In this document: positions 63,222 to 64,000 of the stretch, in pieces
Layout of the letters: the number at the start of each line of letters is the position of its first letter
Numbering within the stretch: the stretch's first letter is position 1
NCBI RefSeq assembly: GCF_964188315.1
Contig: NC_135667.1
Coordinates: 22,320,001-22,384,000, forward strand
Direction of reading: 5' to 3'
Length of the DNA stretch: 64,000 nucleotides
From: Podarcis muralis
Lineage: Eukaryota
Notes under the pieces: model-generated
The model's input: the letters and a program-made list of their open reading frames with translations, nothing else
Told to the model about the DNA's origin: nothing
Databases searched by the model: none
Made by a program: the position numbers and the translations under genes

Positions 63222-64000
63222 TTATATTACGCCCATCTGGCTGGGTTGTTTGGGGGCATGAGCTGCATGCAGGACAACATTGCCTGGTGACACACAGCTC
63301 AGAGAGCAGAGTTGTGTTCCCCATTGTGCTCTAGAGAGATCCCAGGAAATCTCATGAGAAGAGGAAAGGGCCATGGCCTTTAAAGGTTTGGGGCATTTTG
63401 CCCTGTGAGATTCCCACTGATCTGTTCCAGTGTCTGAGCCTCGCTGGTCTTTTGGAACCACTCATTGCAAGTGGTGGAAAGGGCTTTTCCCCTCACAACC
63501 TAACTTAGGGTTGCAATACGTCTGGACACATCTGGGAATTGGATAGCATTTTGGCATCCGGGGGGATTTTCACAAAATCGGCAAAAATGCCCTGGAAAAC
63601 CCAGATGTATGGCAGGAGGTGGGGTGGTAAAAGTTCTACAACTTTGTCTGGATTTTCAGTTTTGGGAATATGGCAATACCAGGTTGTGGAGATCCTTTTT
63701 CCATTATTTGAGTGGAAATGGTGTTGAGCAGCATCAGTACAAGATAAGGATTGGAGACCTGAGGGGAGGATTGACTAATGCACACTCTAAACTCAAGGCT
63801 AGGACCTCTACCTGGCTGGAATTTCTTCCCCATTATTATTATCCTCCCACAACACACCAATTTGTATGTAGGGAGGGGAGGTCTTATCTGCCACTGCTGA
63901 CTGAATGAAAATCTATTACCTGTGGATGCTAAGTTTCTGAGGAATACATTGTATTCATGGCAATACTGCATGTGTTCCCAGAGCAGATTCTCTTCAGCTT

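Noticed and set aside
1-64000. CRISPR arrays, rRNA, or prokaryotic operons
   Set aside because: None seen. This is intron-containing vertebrate DNA and the repeats are microsatellites or transposons.

Overview
Eukaryotic (squamate, probably lacertid lizard, judged from the Sauria SINE and BovB) genomic DNA holding a tandem cluster of vomeronasal type-2 receptor (V2R, class C GPCR) genes. I label them A-H. They share one 6-exon plan: about 212-218, 292, 861, 222-228, 127 and 902-911 bp. B (minus strand) and C, D, E, G (plus strand) have all six exons in frame, although C's exon 5-6 link crosses a 601-N gap. A and H run off the window edges. F has collapsed to exon 1 plus a piece of exon 6, and an orphan, internally deleted exon 6 lies between B and C. 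Introns and spacers carry BovB, L1, CR1 and L2 fragments, a Sauria SINE, hAT and Tc1 MITEs, a chromodomain Gypsy relic and solo LTRs. The most notable signal is three highly divergent non-coding inserts (11912-12500, 49502-50251, 50863-51713). They share a nested, co-varying base-pairing architecture that overlaps an AATAAA signal. Two of them end in CACGCAA, with (G)CAA shared with the target site, which suggests tyrosine-recombinase (DIRS/Ngaro-like) integration. All alignments were done by eye and no database search was run.
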